64,000 nucleotides of DNA from Podarcis tiliguerta (Eukaryota), in NCBI GenBank assembly GCA_965153285.1, contig OZ229115.1. One strand, written 5' to 3'. Each line of letters begins with the position of its first letter. Positions within the stretch are counted from its first letter, which is position 1. Both the position numbers and the translations under genes were made by a program. The notes under the pieces were generated by a model. That model did no database searches and was not told the origin of the DNA. It worked only from the letters and a program-made list of their open reading frames with translations. Of the stretch, positions 63,301-64,000 are shown piece after piece.

Positions 63301-63473
63301 TGTATGTTATATTATTACTAGGTTTCCATTTAGGTACATCTTATTGTAATTGTTATGGCCTTTGACTAGCATGAATTTTGTGATTATTGCTCCTGAGATA
63401 CCTAACTTAAGAGCAGCAGCTCAATTATAGAAACAATACTTTGACTGCTAATACAAACTGATCACAGGATTTT

Positions 63474-63656
63474 GGGGGAAGTGCTCAGTGGTTGAGTATC
63501 TCATTTGCATGCAGAAGGTCCTAGACTCAATGCCTTCAATTTCTAGGTAGGGCTGGGAATATCTTCTGTCTGAGACTCTGGGGAGCCAGTGCCAGTCTGA
63601 GTAAACAATACTGAGGTGGATTGACCAAGCCATTATGCCAGATTCCTACGTTCCTA
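63474..63656 (+). mobile_element. tRNA-derived SINE with CR1-like tail (degenerate)
   Basis: gctcagtggttgag...ttgcatgcagaaggtcc...ggtagggctgggaa...tgccagtctgagtaaacaatactgag...ttcctacgttccta. Confidence 0.7.
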
Positions 63657-63892
63657 AGAGTCTGGATTTGATACCCCGCTTTATCACTACCCTAAGGAGT
63701 CTCAAAGCAGCTAACAATCTCCTTTCCCTTCCTCTCCCACAACAAACACTCTGCTAGGTGAGTGGGGCTGAGAGACTTCAGAGAAGTGCGACTGGCCCAA
63801 GGTCACCCAGCAGCTGCATGTGGAGGAGCGGAGACGCGAACCCAGTTCACCAGATTACGAGTCCACTGCTCTTAACCACTACGCCACACTGG
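63656..63892 (-). mobile_element. Young tRNA-derived CORE/L2-tail SINE (Squam2-like)
   Basis: The reverse complement starts ccagtgtggcgtagtggttaagagc (A box)...gggttcgcgtctcc (B box), has a core gggtgaccttgggccagtc, and an L2-like end gctttgagactcc...aaagcgggg. Confidence 0.8.
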
Positions 63893-64000
63893 GAGAGAAA
63901 CAGACCTCTAGTTTGTAATGAATATACTGCCCAGGATAAAGTTAGAGTTTAATCAAAGGCTCCTGAAATAAGTAAAAGTGTTCCCTGCAGATTCTCACTT

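Overview
This is vertebrate genomic DNA, almost certainly from a squamate. The Sauria SINE, Bov-B tail and MITE repertoire suggest a lacertid-type lizard (inference). The window holds the 5' end of the nuclear factor I A gene (NFIA) on the + strand: coding exon 1 (29065-29091, MYSPLCLTQ), a 5.8-kb intron 1, the 532-bp exon 2 encoding the DNA-binding/dimerisation domain (34910-35441), and the first ~28.5 kb of intron 2. Exon 3 was not found in the window. Upstream lie several CpG-rich islands (~7.1-8.0, 22.6-23.2, 25.0-26.4 and 28.4-30.4 kb). One of them looks like an alternative promoter whose first exon ends in ATG|GTACGT. A 129-N assembly gap sits in the 5'UTR. The rest is non-coding DNA with many short transposon relics (Sauria and other tRNA SINEs, L2/CR1/Bov-B fragments, Tc1/mariner- and hAT-type MITEs) and microsatellites. 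Almost all ORFs in the supplied track are spurious. I see no convincing new protein-coding system. The most interesting signals are (i) two different Sauria SINE variants stacked at one target site with a triplicated TSD, (ii) several routes to N- or C-terminally altered NFIA products (alternative first exon, intronic polyadenylation, cryptic acceptor, exon-2 circle), (iii) an orphan CpG island with outward-facing splice donors on both strands, and (iv) an inverted MITE pair in intron 2. TE family names come from motif recognition, not from a database search.
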